From positions 1 to 64,000 of the IMG/VR virus record IMGVR_UViG_3300021437_000012: a DNA stretch of 64,000 nucleotides; one strand, 5' to 3'. Position 1 is the stretch's first letter. The number at the start of each line of letters is the position of its first letter. Position numbers and translations under genes: made by a program. Under the pieces are notes generated by a model. That model saw only the letters and a list, made by a program, of their open reading frames with translations, ran no database searches and was not told the origin of the DNA. The stretch is from a virus. Positions 1-9,295 of the stretch are shown here, one piece after another.

Positions 1-322
1 GCCGCACCACATCGAGCGTGATGCCGCCCTCACCGCGAGCCCACTTTTCGGCCGTCTCGATTGCTGTGAGTGGCCGCATCTCTCCCTTGGGCACGTATTT
101 GAGCGCCAGCCGCGCGCATGCACACGCGGTCAGAATCAACTCTCGATGCTTCGCTCCGCCTGGCTCGCCGACATGTTTAGCGAGGAGCCATAGCATCCAG
201 TCGCCGCGCTCGCACCTCTTCCACGCGACCGCTAACGACGGCTGCGCCTTGGCCCACTCCACTGCCTCATTGCACGCGTGGAGTTTAACGAGTTTGTCGC
301 TCCAATGCTTAGCGTCCGACAT
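1..322 (-). CDS. Imm5-like domain phage protein (partial, runs off the window start)
   Basis: Not in the ORF track. ATG at 322 with GGAGG RBS. Translates MSDAKHWSDKLVKLHACNEAVEWAK...RGDWMLWLL...LTACACARLALKYVPKGEMRPLTAIETAEKWARGE; the RP..AIE.A..WARGE pattern resembles Imm5-like domains. Confidence 0.6.
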   Translation of the reverse strand, partial: MSDAKHWSDKLVKLHACNEAVEWAKAQPSLAVAWKRCERGDWMLWLLAKHVGEPGGAKHRELILTACACARLALKYVPKGEMRPLTAIETAEKWARGEGGITLDVVR

Positions 323-575
323 AGCCCGCCTCCCTGAGCGCCTTGCAGCGGGCGCACTCCTCGTCGCGCTGAATCGGGAATCCCTCCTCAAACGTACACT
401 CGCACGGCATCTCCTCCACCGCCAGGACCAGCGCGGCGAGGATGGGACAGGACCCACGCCTGTCGGTCACCTGTACGTGACGACCAAGCTTTGTCATCTG
501 GGACAGCCTACCGTCGGCGTGCAAGACATATTGCTTGCCATCGTGATTCCACTCCAGCACCCGCGGCTCGCTCAC
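309..575 (-). CDS. hypothetical protein (Cys-rich C-terminus)
   Basis: Coupled with neighbours, GGAGG RBS, CxC...CxxC residues. Confidence 0.6.
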   Translation of the reverse strand: MSEPRVLEWNHDGKQYVLHADGRLSQMTKLGRHVQVTDRRGSCPILAALVLAVEEMPCECTFEEGFPIQRDEECARCKALREAGYVGR

Positions 576-850
576 GGATTCACCTCCCCGCCAGGCGGCA
601 GCAGGGCGTGGATCCTTCCGGCGTTACACGGCGCACGGATTCTAGCTTCTCGTGTGGCTTGGTGCATCCAGGATTCATACTCCACGTCGTACATTGCCAC
701 TCGGTTGAATCTCCCGGTCGCGTCATCGCAGAGTGAACACACCGCCCGCGCCGTGTCCTCCACCCCGCGACGGTAGGCGTTGGCTGCCTCGGCACGCAGT
801 ATTTTCTCGCGCTCTTGACAAGCATTATGGTCACATTTTATTTCATTCAT
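572..850 (-). CDS. hypothetical protein
   Basis: ATGA overlap with the helicase stop; CxxC motif. Confidence 0.6.
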   Translation of the reverse strand: MNEIKCDHNACQEREKILRAEAANAYRRGVEDTARAVCSLCDDATGRFNRVAMYDVEYESWMHQATREARIRAPCNAGRIHALLPPGGEVNP

Positions 851-2505
851 CGGTTCTCCAATGATAGCAGTCGTGCTATCTCTGCATGTAATTTAGCCTT
901 CTTATTAATTACGTTATATATCGCGTGGTCTACAGTTTGCCCACCATCTTTTCGATTGGCTAGTATATAGTAGTAAGTTACTGGATTACGTTGTCCAGGA
1001 CGATGTAACCGATCTTCTGATTGTGTGATCGTCTCAAATGAGTACGAAACTGACACATAGATTGCATAATGACAATTCACGAAACTTAGTCCGTGGCCAG
1101 CCGATGCGGGATGTGCAATCAAATACTGACTTCGGCCGGCACGGAAGTCCTCAATAGATTGTGTACGTTCTTTTGCAGTCATCCCACCGATTAGTACACT
1201 AGTAGACGCCTTATGTATCTTGTCGATGCGATGCACGATTTGTATGGCTTCAGCCTGAAACTGAATCCATATGATTGCTTGTTGCCCTTCTAACTCTTCT
1301 AGTATCTCGTCTAATTTCTCTTGCTTTGATTCACCGATCTTGTGAGATGCCTTAGTTGCGTCATAAATGAACCCAGCAGTAATCTGGCGCAACTTCATAA
1401 TTTTCGCAATTGCAGCCGGCGCACTTATGTCCATACCGTTCAGTTCCATCGTAAGTGTATTCATCATATCTTTGTACGCAGTTTCTTCTTCGACGTTCAA
1501 AGTACACGTACGCTTCTCACGGATCTTTTCTGGCAGGTCAAGACATTCTGATTTCTTAACGAAGATTGCCACTTTACTGATTCGTTTCAACATTTCTTCG
1601 CGTTGTCCACCCTTAAGTACATACTTTGTCCATTTCGCTCCGATGTTAGAGAACCACCGATTGCGAAATGCGAAGAAAGATGTACCTAAGATCGATCCGT
1701 CAATAGTACGAAGCTGACCCCACCAGTCTAAGTCAGAGTTAGGAGCAGGGGTGCCGCTTAAGCAATACAAACGCTCCACTTGAGGAGAGAAGGCAATTAA
1801 AAGACGAGTGATCTGCGACTTGGGATCTTTTAACTTACTCGATTCATCAATTATCAACCCATCGTACCCAGTTTGAAAAAAGAGCGTCAATAGACTACGG
1901 AAAGACTCAAAATTGATTATACCAATGTTGAAGTCTAACTTATTATGGAATATAAGTGCTTGCATACGTGGATCTCGAAGATTCACCGCGCGTAACTCCG
2001 GTGTGTACTGTTTACACTGATTCATCCATACATCTTCGATGATCGCAAGCGGACATACCACAAGGAACTTAGTTCCTTTTTTCTTAAGATTCAGTTGTCG
2101 TATTACTTCCAACATCATACGAGTTTTGCCAGTACCGGGTTCCATAAAGAACCCAAACCGAGGGTTGTTCCAAGCTAAGTTTACTCCTCGATTTTGGTGG
2201 TTAAACAAATCAGGTGGAAGTACAAGTCCTGACTCTGGTAGGACTAAATTAGATTCTCGCTTAGTGCGTAAATCAGTGACGTATACCTGAGATACGTAGT
2301 CATCGGACTTTAATATCTTAATTAGTTCTTGTGTATCATCAGGAGTGACAATGTAACACTTACGAGCACGATCTAACTTACCACCAAAACTTTTGACTAT
2401 TTCGCGGACTTCTTTGGATTGCTGAAATAAAGCGCGGACTAAAGATTCTTTGTCATGAATCTCGATACCTACCGGAATTTTAGTACCCGCAAAAATCATT
2501 TTCAT
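847..2505 (-). CDS. SNF2-family (SF2) helicase
   Basis: Walker A EPGTGKT, DESS Walker B, SGTP motif III, QSEDRLHRPGQ motif VI. Confidence 0.93.
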   Translation of the reverse strand: MKMIFAGTKIPVGIEIHDKESLVRALFQQSKEVREIVKSFGGKLDRARKCYIVTPDDTQELIKILKSDDYVSQVYVTDLRTKRESNLVLPESGLVLPPDLFNHQNRGVNLAWNNPRFGFFMEPGTGKTRMMLEVIRQLNLKKKGTKFLVVCPLAIIEDVWMNQCKQYTPELRAVNLRDPRMQALIFHNKLDFNIGIINFESFRSLLTLFFQTGYDGLIIDESSKLKDPKSQITRLLIAFSPQVERLYCLSGTPAPNSDLDWWGQLRTIDGSILGTSFFAFRNRWFSNIGAKWTKYVLKGGQREEMLKRISKVAIFVKKSECLDLPEKIREKRTCTLNVEEETAYKDMMNTLTMELNGMDISAPAAIAKIMKLRQITAGFIYDATKASHKIGESKQEKLDEILEELEGQQAIIWIQFQAEAIQIVHRIDKIHKASTSVLIGGMTAKERTQSIEDFRAGRSQYLIAHPASAGHGLSFVNCHYAIYVSVSYSFETITQSEDRLHRPGQRNPVTYYYILANRKDGGQTVDHAIYNVINKKAKLHAEIARLLSLENR

Positions 2506-2536
2506 TCCTTTACGTTAGTACACTTCTAATCCTATA

Positions 2537-2575
2537 ACTGTATCATACGTTGAGAATAAAGTCAAGCTAAATTAG
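2537..2575 (-). promoter_or_regulatory. sigma70-type promoter for the helicase
   Basis: Minus strand TTGACT-N17-TACAGT with extended TG; upstream CTAATTTAGC shared with the promoter at 7344-7382. Confidence 0.75.
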
Positions 2576-3006
2576 TGAATTGTGTCGAATTGGTTGTGCG
2601 ATGTATCACTCGATGAGTATTCATCTAACTTGATTATTTCTAACGTGTTTGTACGTGGATCGTACAGACTAACAAGCATTAAGTCTTTAGTGCCAAGGCA
2701 TGAGTTTAATATAGCTACTAAGACATGTCTACGAAGATCCATTATTTGCTTTTCGTACTGAAAAACTAGATTGCATAAAGCATCTACCTCTTTAGTGCAC
2801 ATGGCATTATGAACTAAAGCTAAAGCGTAAACTTCTGCGTTATTTTTTATCTCCTGCACTATTTTCATAAGTTCTACTTTTGCTGTTTCATCTTCTACGT
2901 ACTTCCCTGTATGAGTGTGTGGTATCGTGTTCTGGCATTTAGTACAACTCATTTCGTATCTCCACATGGATTGATCGGTTTGCACTCTATGATTCGGCTG
3001 TCCCAC
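2572..3006 (-). CDS. hypothetical protein
   Basis: ORF in the minus-strand gene run; start uncertain. Confidence 0.55.
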   Translation of the reverse strand: MGQPNHRVQTDQSMWRYEMSCTKCQNTIPHTHTGKYVEDETAKVELMKIVQEIKNNAEVYALALVHNAMCTKEVDALCNLVFQYEKQIMDLRRHVLVAILNSCLGTKDLMLVSLYDPRTNTLEIIKLDEYSSSDTSHNQFDTIH

Positions 3007-3185
3007 GCTGAACGCACTACAAATCCGCCAGCCTCACCACAACGTCTTACTACAGACTCCTCCTCGGTTTCGTGATGCTCGATAGCGGGCATCGGAACAT
3101 TTGCGTGCCCAGAATATAGGTAGAAGTAAACAACGGCAACCGTAGTTCCTAGAACAAAGAATGCCACGCACTCAAACCACTTCAT
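2949..3185 (-). CDS. small membrane-anchored protein
   Basis: N-terminal hydrophobic helix (VAFFVLGTTVAVVYFYLY). Confidence 0.6.
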   Translation of the reverse strand: MKWFECVAFFVLGTTVAVVYFYLYSGHANVPMPAIEHHETEEESVVRRCGEAGGFVVRSAWDSRIIECKPINPCGDTK

Positions 3186-3493
3186 TCTTCACCTTCCTGC
3201 ATTCTTCGGATCGCCAGTTCTACCAGCGCATCCTCATGAGTTTTTCCGTTACCGAACTCCAGTGCCGGATGCCCCATTGCTTCCGACAACTTATTTAGTG
3301 CTTTGATTGCATCAGTTAGACAATCACGCTTATTCCACCAGTCCTTAGCTTCTTTGTGTGTTGTGAATGTCGCGAATGACTGAAATCCGTAACAGAATTC
3401 GGTAGAACAGCCCACGGATTTGCGCGTACCTGAGACACCATCGACTTCTTCTAACGTCGCCTCACCACCGCAAAACGGGCACGGCTTCAACAT
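3182..3493 (-). CDS. Lar-family (restriction alleviation-like) zinc-finger protein
   Basis: LKPCPFCGGEA...C....C...EAKDWWNKR signature; GGAGG RBS before ATG 3493, overlapping the polymerase stop. Confidence 0.75.
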   Translation of the reverse strand: MLKPCPFCGGEATLEEVDGVSGTRKSVGCSTEFCYGFQSFATFTTHKEAKDWWNKRDCLTDAIKALNKLSEAMGHPALEFGNGKTHEDALVELAIRRMQEGEE

Positions 3494-5901
3494 TATTTTT
3501 CCTCCAACTTCTTCATTGCTGACCCCCATTGTTTACCGATCTTCACATCTACGAAGAAAGGTACAGGTGCATCAAGCCCAAATCGTTGTTTTATGGCCGT
3601 TCGCGCATCCTCCATACACGCTTTTAGTCGTAGTGCGATCTTAGTACGTTGTCCTACGGGAACCTCAAAGACGATAGAGTCATGTATTGTCAATACAGGT
3701 TTCGCTTCTGGTACTTCTTTGGTGGTCTTAATTAGACACATCAGGGTAAGATCCGAAGCTGCTCCCTGAATCGGTGCGTTGGTAGCTTCTCGCAACGCAT
3801 GTTCTTTCAACTTGCGTTCCAGAGACCGTACATTAGACAGTCGTCTCTTACGTCCGAATGGGCTAACAACATAGCCATTCTTGATTGCAAATTCCTTAGT
3901 GTCTGCAATCCACTTTGCAAGTCCTTTGAAGTTGCGGAAGTACCTGCGAATTAGCTCGTCGGCATACGGCACTGTTGAACCGATTTGTTTTGATACACGG
4001 TAAGCTGATGCGCCATAAAGCACTGCGAAATTAGTCGCCTTAGCTCGTTGGCGGAATAGCTTCTTTTCAGCGGCATCATGAGGTTTCGGAAAGACGAGTT
4101 CCGCAGTACCTTGGTGAAAATCCATATGACGGTCTTGAAACAGCCGTATCATCGCATCATCATTTGCGAACCACGCCGCGATGCGCAACTCGGCTTGCGA
4201 GAAGTCACACTCAACGAATGTGTATCCAGGACGTGGAACGAATATTGACTTGACAATCTTAAGTGCGCTTTCTGAATCGTCGCGCGGTATGTTCTGCAAA
4301 TTAGGTTCGCGCGAAGACAACCGGCCGGTGCGCGTCACGTCTAACGTGTAGTCTGTGGACACCACTAACTGATTATCAATTGACTCGCGAGTGTGGCGCA
4401 CCATGCTGGTTATCTTCGATGCGGTACTTGCAACGGATCGAAAGTCTAGGATGTATTCCGCTTCTTTGTAAATAGGCGCGAACTTCTCTAGTGTCGCTGC
4501 ATCCGCAGTGGGCTTATTGTCGCGCCCTAACGGTGCACCGAGTCGGTTGTACAAAAGTCCAGCAACTTGTTGCGGTGAATTCGGGTTGAAATTATCAATC
4601 CAAGGTTGTATCCCGAATTTCTTACGAAGGTATATCTTGAATTCAGTGGTAATCTCCTCAGAACGTTGTTGTAGTGCTTGTACCTGAGATACTGCGCGCA
4701 CTACATCTATACCTATTCCGCGCACTTCCATGTAAGTAATTACAGGCAGCACATCCATGATTAGTCGAAATAAGTTAGAGAATCCGCGCGACTCAATACG
4801 TTCCATGAACCGGCGAGCAATCTTTCGGGTCACTACCACATCCATCTTCGCGTATGGGTAGAGTTTGTCGTCAGGCCACTCAGCAGGATTGCCGTCCGGT
4901 TCGTACCCACCGTGTTCAGTGAACGACCACGCCAATTTCTTTAGGCCGTGCTCGGTTGTTTCGTCGAGTAAGTGGTGCGCAAGTTGAGTATCAAAGAAAG
5001 GCCCTATCCCGGTGCGTAGAGATTCAAGGTCATACGGGCGTGGCGACAGATGGACGAAAGGCCAGCGCACGTCGAATCTAACGTTGTGCCCAATCTTTAG
5101 GATCTTTGGGTTGGTGATAATATGCCAGAATCGCTCCATATCTCGATTGATAAGGTACACGTCGTCACCAGCGAGTGTACCAAATTGAATGCAGCGCATT
5201 TGCGCACCGGGTTCCATAGGATCAAGTCCGGTGGTTTCAGTGTCGTACACGACCGCAGGCGAATTAGCTATTAGGTCAACTGACTCTGGTGGGTCCACTG
5301 ACGCATCAAAGTCATTAGTCGCAGTCTCTTCCATTTTCTTTGCGAACGAAAAAGCCGCGGTCATACCATCAATGAACTTCTTTATATACCCTTGGTTGTG
5401 TAAAGTTGCAGCAGGGTGAATAACGGGCACCACCCACCCCTTATAAAGATCGGTGGTGATTTGTCGCCCGATACCCGATATCTCAGTAATGGAAAATGCA
5501 ACCTTTTTACGCCCATGAAGCGCCTGGAACGCAGTAGACCCCAAAGGGATTATCACGTTCGGTGCAACATCTTCTATTTCCTGCCTTAAGTACGCCGTGG
5601 TGCACGTCTCGTATTCCTCCGATGTAGGTTTACGAATTTCGCCGGGGTAACACTTCACTGCATTGGTGACATATACCTCTTCGCGTGTAAGTCCTAGTTT
5701 AGTCAACTGAGCATTCAATACGCCGCCTGCACGCCCAATGAATGGCACCCCGTATGAATCTTCATCCGGTCCTGGGTATTCCCCGATTACCATTACTCGA
5801 TGTTTCGATGGAACTTTACCAGTCGGTGGAATACACACCGATTTTGCTGATTTGTGTAATGGGCATTTGTCGCAGGATTCATTACGCTGAAAAGACATCA
5901 A
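3493..5901 (-). CDS. DNA polymerase family A with N-terminal family-4 uracil-DNA glycosylase-like domain
   Basis: UDG: CDKC, VIGEYPG, PFIGRAG, TNAVKC, HPAA. Exonuclease: YDTETTG, HNVRFD. Polymerase motifs DFSQAELR, RAKATNFAVLYG, IHDS. Confidence 0.95.
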   Translation of the reverse strand: MMSFQRNESCDKCPLHKSAKSVCIPPTGKVPSKHRVMVIGEYPGPDEDSYGVPFIGRAGGVLNAQLTKLGLTREEVYVTNAVKCYPGEIRKPTSEEYETCTTAYLRQEIEDVAPNVIIPLGSTAFQALHGRKKVAFSITEISGIGRQITTDLYKGWVVPVIHPAATLHNQGYIKKFIDGMTAAFSFAKKMEETATNDFDASVDPPESVDLIANSPAVVYDTETTGLDPMEPGAQMRCIQFGTLAGDDVYLINRDMERFWHIITNPKILKIGHNVRFDVRWPFVHLSPRPYDLESLRTGIGPFFDTQLAHHLLDETTEHGLKKLAWSFTEHGGYEPDGNPAEWPDDKLYPYAKMDVVVTRKIARRFMERIESRGFSNLFRLIMDVLPVITYMEVRGIGIDVVRAVSQVQALQQRSEEITTEFKIYLRKKFGIQPWIDNFNPNSPQQVAGLLYNRLGAPLGRDNKPTADAATLEKFAPIYKEAEYILDFRSVASTASKITSMVRHTRESIDNQLVVSTDYTLDVTRTGRLSSREPNLQNIPRDDSESALKIVKSIFVPRPGYTFVECDFSQAELRIAAWFANDDAMIRLFQDRHMDFHQGTAELVFPKPHDAAEKKLFRQRAKATNFAVLYGASAYRVSKQIGSTVPYADELIRRYFRNFKGLAKWIADTKEFAIKNGYVVSPFGRKRRLSNVRSLERKLKEHALREATNAPIQGAASDLTLMCLIKTTKEVPEAKPVLTIHDSIVFEVPVGQRTKIALRLKACMEDARTAIKQRFGLDAPVPFFVDVKIGKQWGSAMKKLEEK

Positions 5902-6251
5902 TGCACCTGTAATCCCGATTTTTGTGTTGGTGGTCCTATTATTACCTCGACTAATCTATCAGGATCAGCAGAAGTTCCAAAACCTATCGAACAATAAGTG
6001 TCATATTTATACCCAGCTTTATTCAGTGCTTCGTATAGATATCTTTTCGTTGTATCCGCAAGTGTGTCAATCAAAGTATCAGCGAAACTAGTTAAAATCG
6101 GGTCTTGCCCCACTATATCACCTATCTGGTCAAGTCTGTGTGCGAAATCTTTGCCAACTTGATAAAGCGTAACAAATGTAAATGCACTTTTACTGTCTAA
6201 GTAAACGCCTGTATGAATGTGATCTCCAGAATTGTCACATTTATGTTCCAT
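5898..6251 (-). CDS. hypothetical protein
   Basis: ORF directly downstream of a consensus promoter and overlapping the polymerase start. Confidence 0.65.
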   Translation of the reverse strand: MEHKCDNSGDHIHTGVYLDSKSAFTFVTLYQVGKDFAHRLDQIGDIVGQDPILTSFADTLIDTLADTTKRYLYEALNKAGYKYDTYCSIGFGTSADPDRLVEVIIGPPTQKSGLQVH

Positions 6252-6277
6252 TTAAGAGAACCCCCAATCTTTCACGG

Positions 6278-6306
6278 ACTATATCATACTTTTATAGGAT
6301 TGTCAA
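6278..6306 (-). promoter_or_regulatory. sigma70-type promoter for the polymerase unit
   Basis: Minus strand TTGACA-N17-TATAGT with extended TG. Confidence 0.8.
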
Positions 6307-6755
6307 GCTTTGGATTCTGTATTCTTTATTATTGGTGCATCTTTCGCCGCCTCGAACATACCCGCGCGCACCGCAGCTTCGTGTTCGATAAATGCGACTC
6401 TTTGCTTTAATATCTGTTCTGTCATTTCTGCGGGCATCTCCATCCTACGAATTCCGTCGTCACTAATAACGAACCAACCTCCTGTGCGGTATGGATTATC
6501 AAAATTGCCATTTGATTTCGCTTCATCCACAGTTATCACGATGACGCCAAGTTTCATGAATTCTGCGCACTTGTCGCACGGTGACTTATCAATAACTACT
6601 TTGTGTGCAGTTGCCTGTTGTCCATCATCGAATCCTGTTAGACGACGCATTGCGGCGCCTGCAAGAATTAGTTCGTTCTTAGGTTCACCACAAAAGAAAC
6701 AAGTAGGTATCAGTGGATTGACGCCGTGTTTTTCGTGAAGTCTGATGCTGCCCAT
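6303..6755 (-). CDS. conserved phage Zn-finger hypothetical protein
   Basis: KHGVNP...CFFCGE...PCDKC; GGAGG RBS before ATG 6755. Confidence 0.7.
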   Translation of the reverse strand: MGSIRLHEKHGVNPLIPTCFFCGEPKNELILAGAAMRRLTGFDDGQQATAHKVVIDKSPCDKCAEFMKLGVIVITVDEAKSNGNFDNPYRTGGWFVISDDGIRRMEMPAEMTEQILKQRVAFIEHEAAVRAGMFEAAKDAPIIKNTESKA

Positions 6756-6760
6756 TTCTT

Positions 6761-7117
6761 TTATTCCTCCACTTTCGTTGGTTGCAGAGCCCACGTTCCT
6801 TTTTTAACTCGTACGAATTTATAATTTATAGGTACGGCAGTTAGCTTTTGTTTTATAGGTTTATATGGCCGTGAAGATTTTGGCCACCTCTCAGGGTACG
6901 TATTAACGGTGTCATACCGTCTTATAAGAAACTCCCGTTCATCTCCGGCGTGCTGTAGTGCTTTTTTTGTTAAGTGAACTACCCACTTCTTACCGCTAAT
7001 TAATGGTTCGCCCTTTACAGTTGTTAAATTCGGGTTAAGTGGTTCAGGTTCAACAACGATAAGCACATAGCGCCAATACCGTTTACGCGTACCTCGCATT
7101 CTCATTCGGCACCACAC
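6761..7117 (-). CDS. basic hypothetical protein
   Basis: ORF fills the gap in the minus-strand run; start uncertain. Confidence 0.5.
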   Translation of the reverse strand: MWCRMRMRGTRKRYWRYVLIVVEPEPLNPNLTTVKGEPLISGKKWVVHLTKKALQHAGDEREFLIRRYDTVNTYPERWPKSSRPYKPIKQKLTAVPINYKFVRVKKGTWALQPTKVEE

Positions 7118-7320
7118 AAGATTATCCGCAGTTTATGTAGTTGTTCGATCATTGTTTTTGAGGCATAAAGCAATTTACCAGGCGTCTTCAATCGTCTAAC
7201 AGTACAAGTTGTGGAAATTGATGCAGCGAAAGTTTGCGCATACGCTAATGTGGTGCATAACGCGACAATTTCTTCGTTTATGAAGACTCCATATTTTAAG
7301 CGGCTAAATACGTTTTTCAT
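7102..7320 (-). CDS. hypothetical protein, first gene of the early arm
   Basis: GAGG RBS before ATG 7320; the track start at 7353 falls inside the promoter. Confidence 0.55.
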   Translation of the reverse strand: MKNVFSRLKYGVFINEEIVALCTTLAYAQTFAASISTTCTVRRLKTPGKLLYASKTMIEQLHKLRIILCGAE

Positions 7321-7343
7321 CGTTTGGTCCTCGATTCTCGAAA

Positions 7344-7382
7344 AGTCTACCATAAGTTAAGGTATTTGTCAAGCTAAATTAG
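7344..7382 (-). promoter_or_regulatory. sigma70-type promoter of the early arm
   Basis: Minus strand TTGACA-N17-TAGACT with extended TG. Confidence 0.8.
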
Positions 7383-7780
7383 GACGTATAGTACAAATAT
7401 GAGAAGTACGTAAATAACACTGCGCCAACGACTTATGGGAACCGCAGTTGGCATGAAGCGTGCAACGCGCGCGTACACGTACACATTCGCCTCCGCGTGA
7501 ATCCCGGGGTAAAGACCTATAGGGGTCGGTGGGTGATGAGTGGGGTCTAGAGGAGTGGTAATAGTCTTTTATTTCTCCAAGTCTTAATATCCATCCCTAA
7601 TGTGTGGCGGGCGCGAGCGTGCGTGCGCATACACGCGCGAAGATCAAGAATCATACCAAGTTTGAAAAACCGTACCTATGATGATCGTTCTGGGGACGTT
7701 TGGACACCGGGACGTCCTCTGACCTAGACTCACCCCTTAAATCGACCCACAGGCCCCTTATCTCCCCTCACACACGGGGG
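7383..7780. other. divergent non-coding region (candidate ori/pac/control region)
   Basis: About 400 bp with no ORF between divergent arms; contains alternating purine-pyrimidine tracts and G/C runs. Confidence 0.4.
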
Positions 7781-7815
7781 TAGACGAAGAAGTACGGTGG
7801 TGGTAGAATCCCTTC
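7781..7815 (+). promoter_or_regulatory. promoter giving a probably leaderless mRNA
   Basis: TAGACG-N17-TAGAAT with extended TG; ATG begins 7 nt after the -10 box; no SD. Confidence 0.65.
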
Positions 7816-9123
7816 ATGGCGAAGCGCAACGGCGACTCAGACGCGAAAATTAAGGATCTGAAAAAAGATCCTAGAAATGCGCGGTTTCATCCAGCACGCA
7901 ATATGGCGATGCTGGAAGATTCAATGCGCGAAGTCGGCGCTGGTAGATCGATTGTCATTGATGAAGACAATGTGATTTTAGCGGGTAATGGTGCAACTGA
8001 GGCGGCGCAGCGGGTTGGTATAGATAAGGTAAGAATCATCGATGCTGACGGTGACGAGTTAATCGCGGTTAGGCGTAAGGGGCTCACTCCTGAGCAGAAG
8101 ATAAAACTCGCGCTTTGGGATAATCGCGCTCAGGAAACTTCGGAATGGGATCCTGACGTACTTAGATCAATGGAAGCGGAGTTTGGCGAGTCCCTCAAAT
8201 TGAAGGGACTCGGCGGTTTGTTCACTGATAGCGAAATGGAGAAGTTGGTTAAAGAGACGAAGAAGTTGGACATAGATAAAACTCTTCAGGATACACCTGC
8301 ATTTGATAAACAGGCGTTTAACCCAGCTTATGTGTTGAATGTCGGTGCAGTATTTTCTTCAAGCAATGAGTGGGAGATTCCCGATTTTCTCCCGGATAAG
8401 TTCTCTACTAAAATCCCAGTTACGAGCTACTACGGCGAAAAACCGATTGAGCATCCAGAACAGAAATACTTCATGTTCAACAAAACGATGCCAATCGAAG
8501 CAAAAGAAGGGTTAATTGCATTTTATCAAAACGATGATTCTTTTGAATCTATTTGGTTTGAACCAGGGATTTGGTTGGACGACTTCGCTCAAAAAGGCGT
8601 GACTGACTTAGTTATGCCAGATTTTTCTACTTACTTCTCAATGCCGCTTCCTATACGTTTATACAATTATCATAGGTCGAGACATATTGCGCGACTTTGG
8701 CAAGAGGCTGGATTTAATGTAATGCCGTCTCTTTCAGGAACCGGCGTACCTGAAATGCAAAAGTTTACGCTTTATACCTTACCCAAGGAAATGCCAGTAG
8801 TCTCCTGTCAATGTCGAACGCTTGGAACAGAGAAAACTGGTCGTACGCGCAACCAAGCTCTTTTTATTAAGGGTCTTATAGATTTAACTGATTACGCGAA
8901 AATCGGCACAGTCCTCATTTACGGTGGTGGCGATCATGCCGCATGGCTTAAAGCAAATTTGCCAACTGGCCCAGGAAGACCAGAATTCAAACTTATCCCT
9001 TCAAGGCAAGAGTTGCGACGACGCAAAATTGAAGTTAAAAAGAAAGTGCCAAAGGGGAAGATCGTAGTTGACATACCAGACGAATTAGATGATAATGTAG
9101 AAGAAGACGCGGAAACGGATTAA
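7816..9123 (+). CDS. ParB-N-like domain fused to DUF4417-like domain
   Basis: N-terminus DPRNAR.H...SMREVG.GRSIVIDE.NVILAGNG (ParB/Srx-like). C-terminus FYQNDDSFESIW...PDFSTY.SMP...YNYHRSR...WQEAG.NV.P...VLIYGG (DUF4417 pattern). Confidence 0.8.
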   Translation: MAKRNGDSDAKIKDLKKDPRNARFHPARNMAMLEDSMREVGAGRSIVIDEDNVILAGNGATEAAQRVGIDKVRIIDADGDELIAVRRKGLTPEQKIKLALWDNRAQETSEWDPDVLRSMEAEFGESLKLKGLGGLFTDSEMEKLVKETKKLDIDKTLQDTPAFDKQAFNPAYVLNVGAVFSSSNEWEIPDFLPDKFSTKIPVTSYYGEKPIEHPEQKYFMFNKTMPIEAKEGLIAFYQNDDSFESIWFEPGIWLDDFAQKGVTDLVMPDFSTYFSMPLPIRLYNYHRSRHIARLWQEAGFNVMPSLSGTGVPEMQKFTLYTLPKEMPVVSCQCRTLGTEKTGRTRNQALFIKGLIDLTDYAKIGTVLIYGGGDHAAWLKANLPTGPGRPEFKLIPSRQELRRRKIEVKKKVPKGKIVVDIPDELDDNVEEDAETD

Positions 9124-9146
9124 AAACCGCGTAGGAGAAATTTAAG

Positions 9147-9284
9147 ATGGCCAAGAAAACGGTGTCGGCTTCTCGGTATGCCCGTATGGTCAAGCAGGCC
9201 AATGCTGTCCGCAAGGCGGGGGGCCGCGTTAAGGGCGGTGTTCTGCGGACTGCGAAGGGAAACGTCGCGTCGGCTCCCAAGTAA
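9147..9284 (+). CDS. 45-aa highly basic protein
   Basis: Not in the track (<60 aa). AGGAG RBS; MAKKTVSASRYARMVKQANAVRKAGGRVKGGVLRTAKGNVASAPK has no acidic residues. Confidence 0.7.
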   Translation: MAKKTVSASRYARMVKQANAVRKAGGRVKGGVLRTAKGNVASAPK

Positions 9285-9295
9285 GCTATTTTTGA

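Noticed and set aside
18-776. 252-aa plus-strand ORF
   Set aside because: Shadow of three RBS-supported, coupled minus-strand genes in GC-rich DNA.
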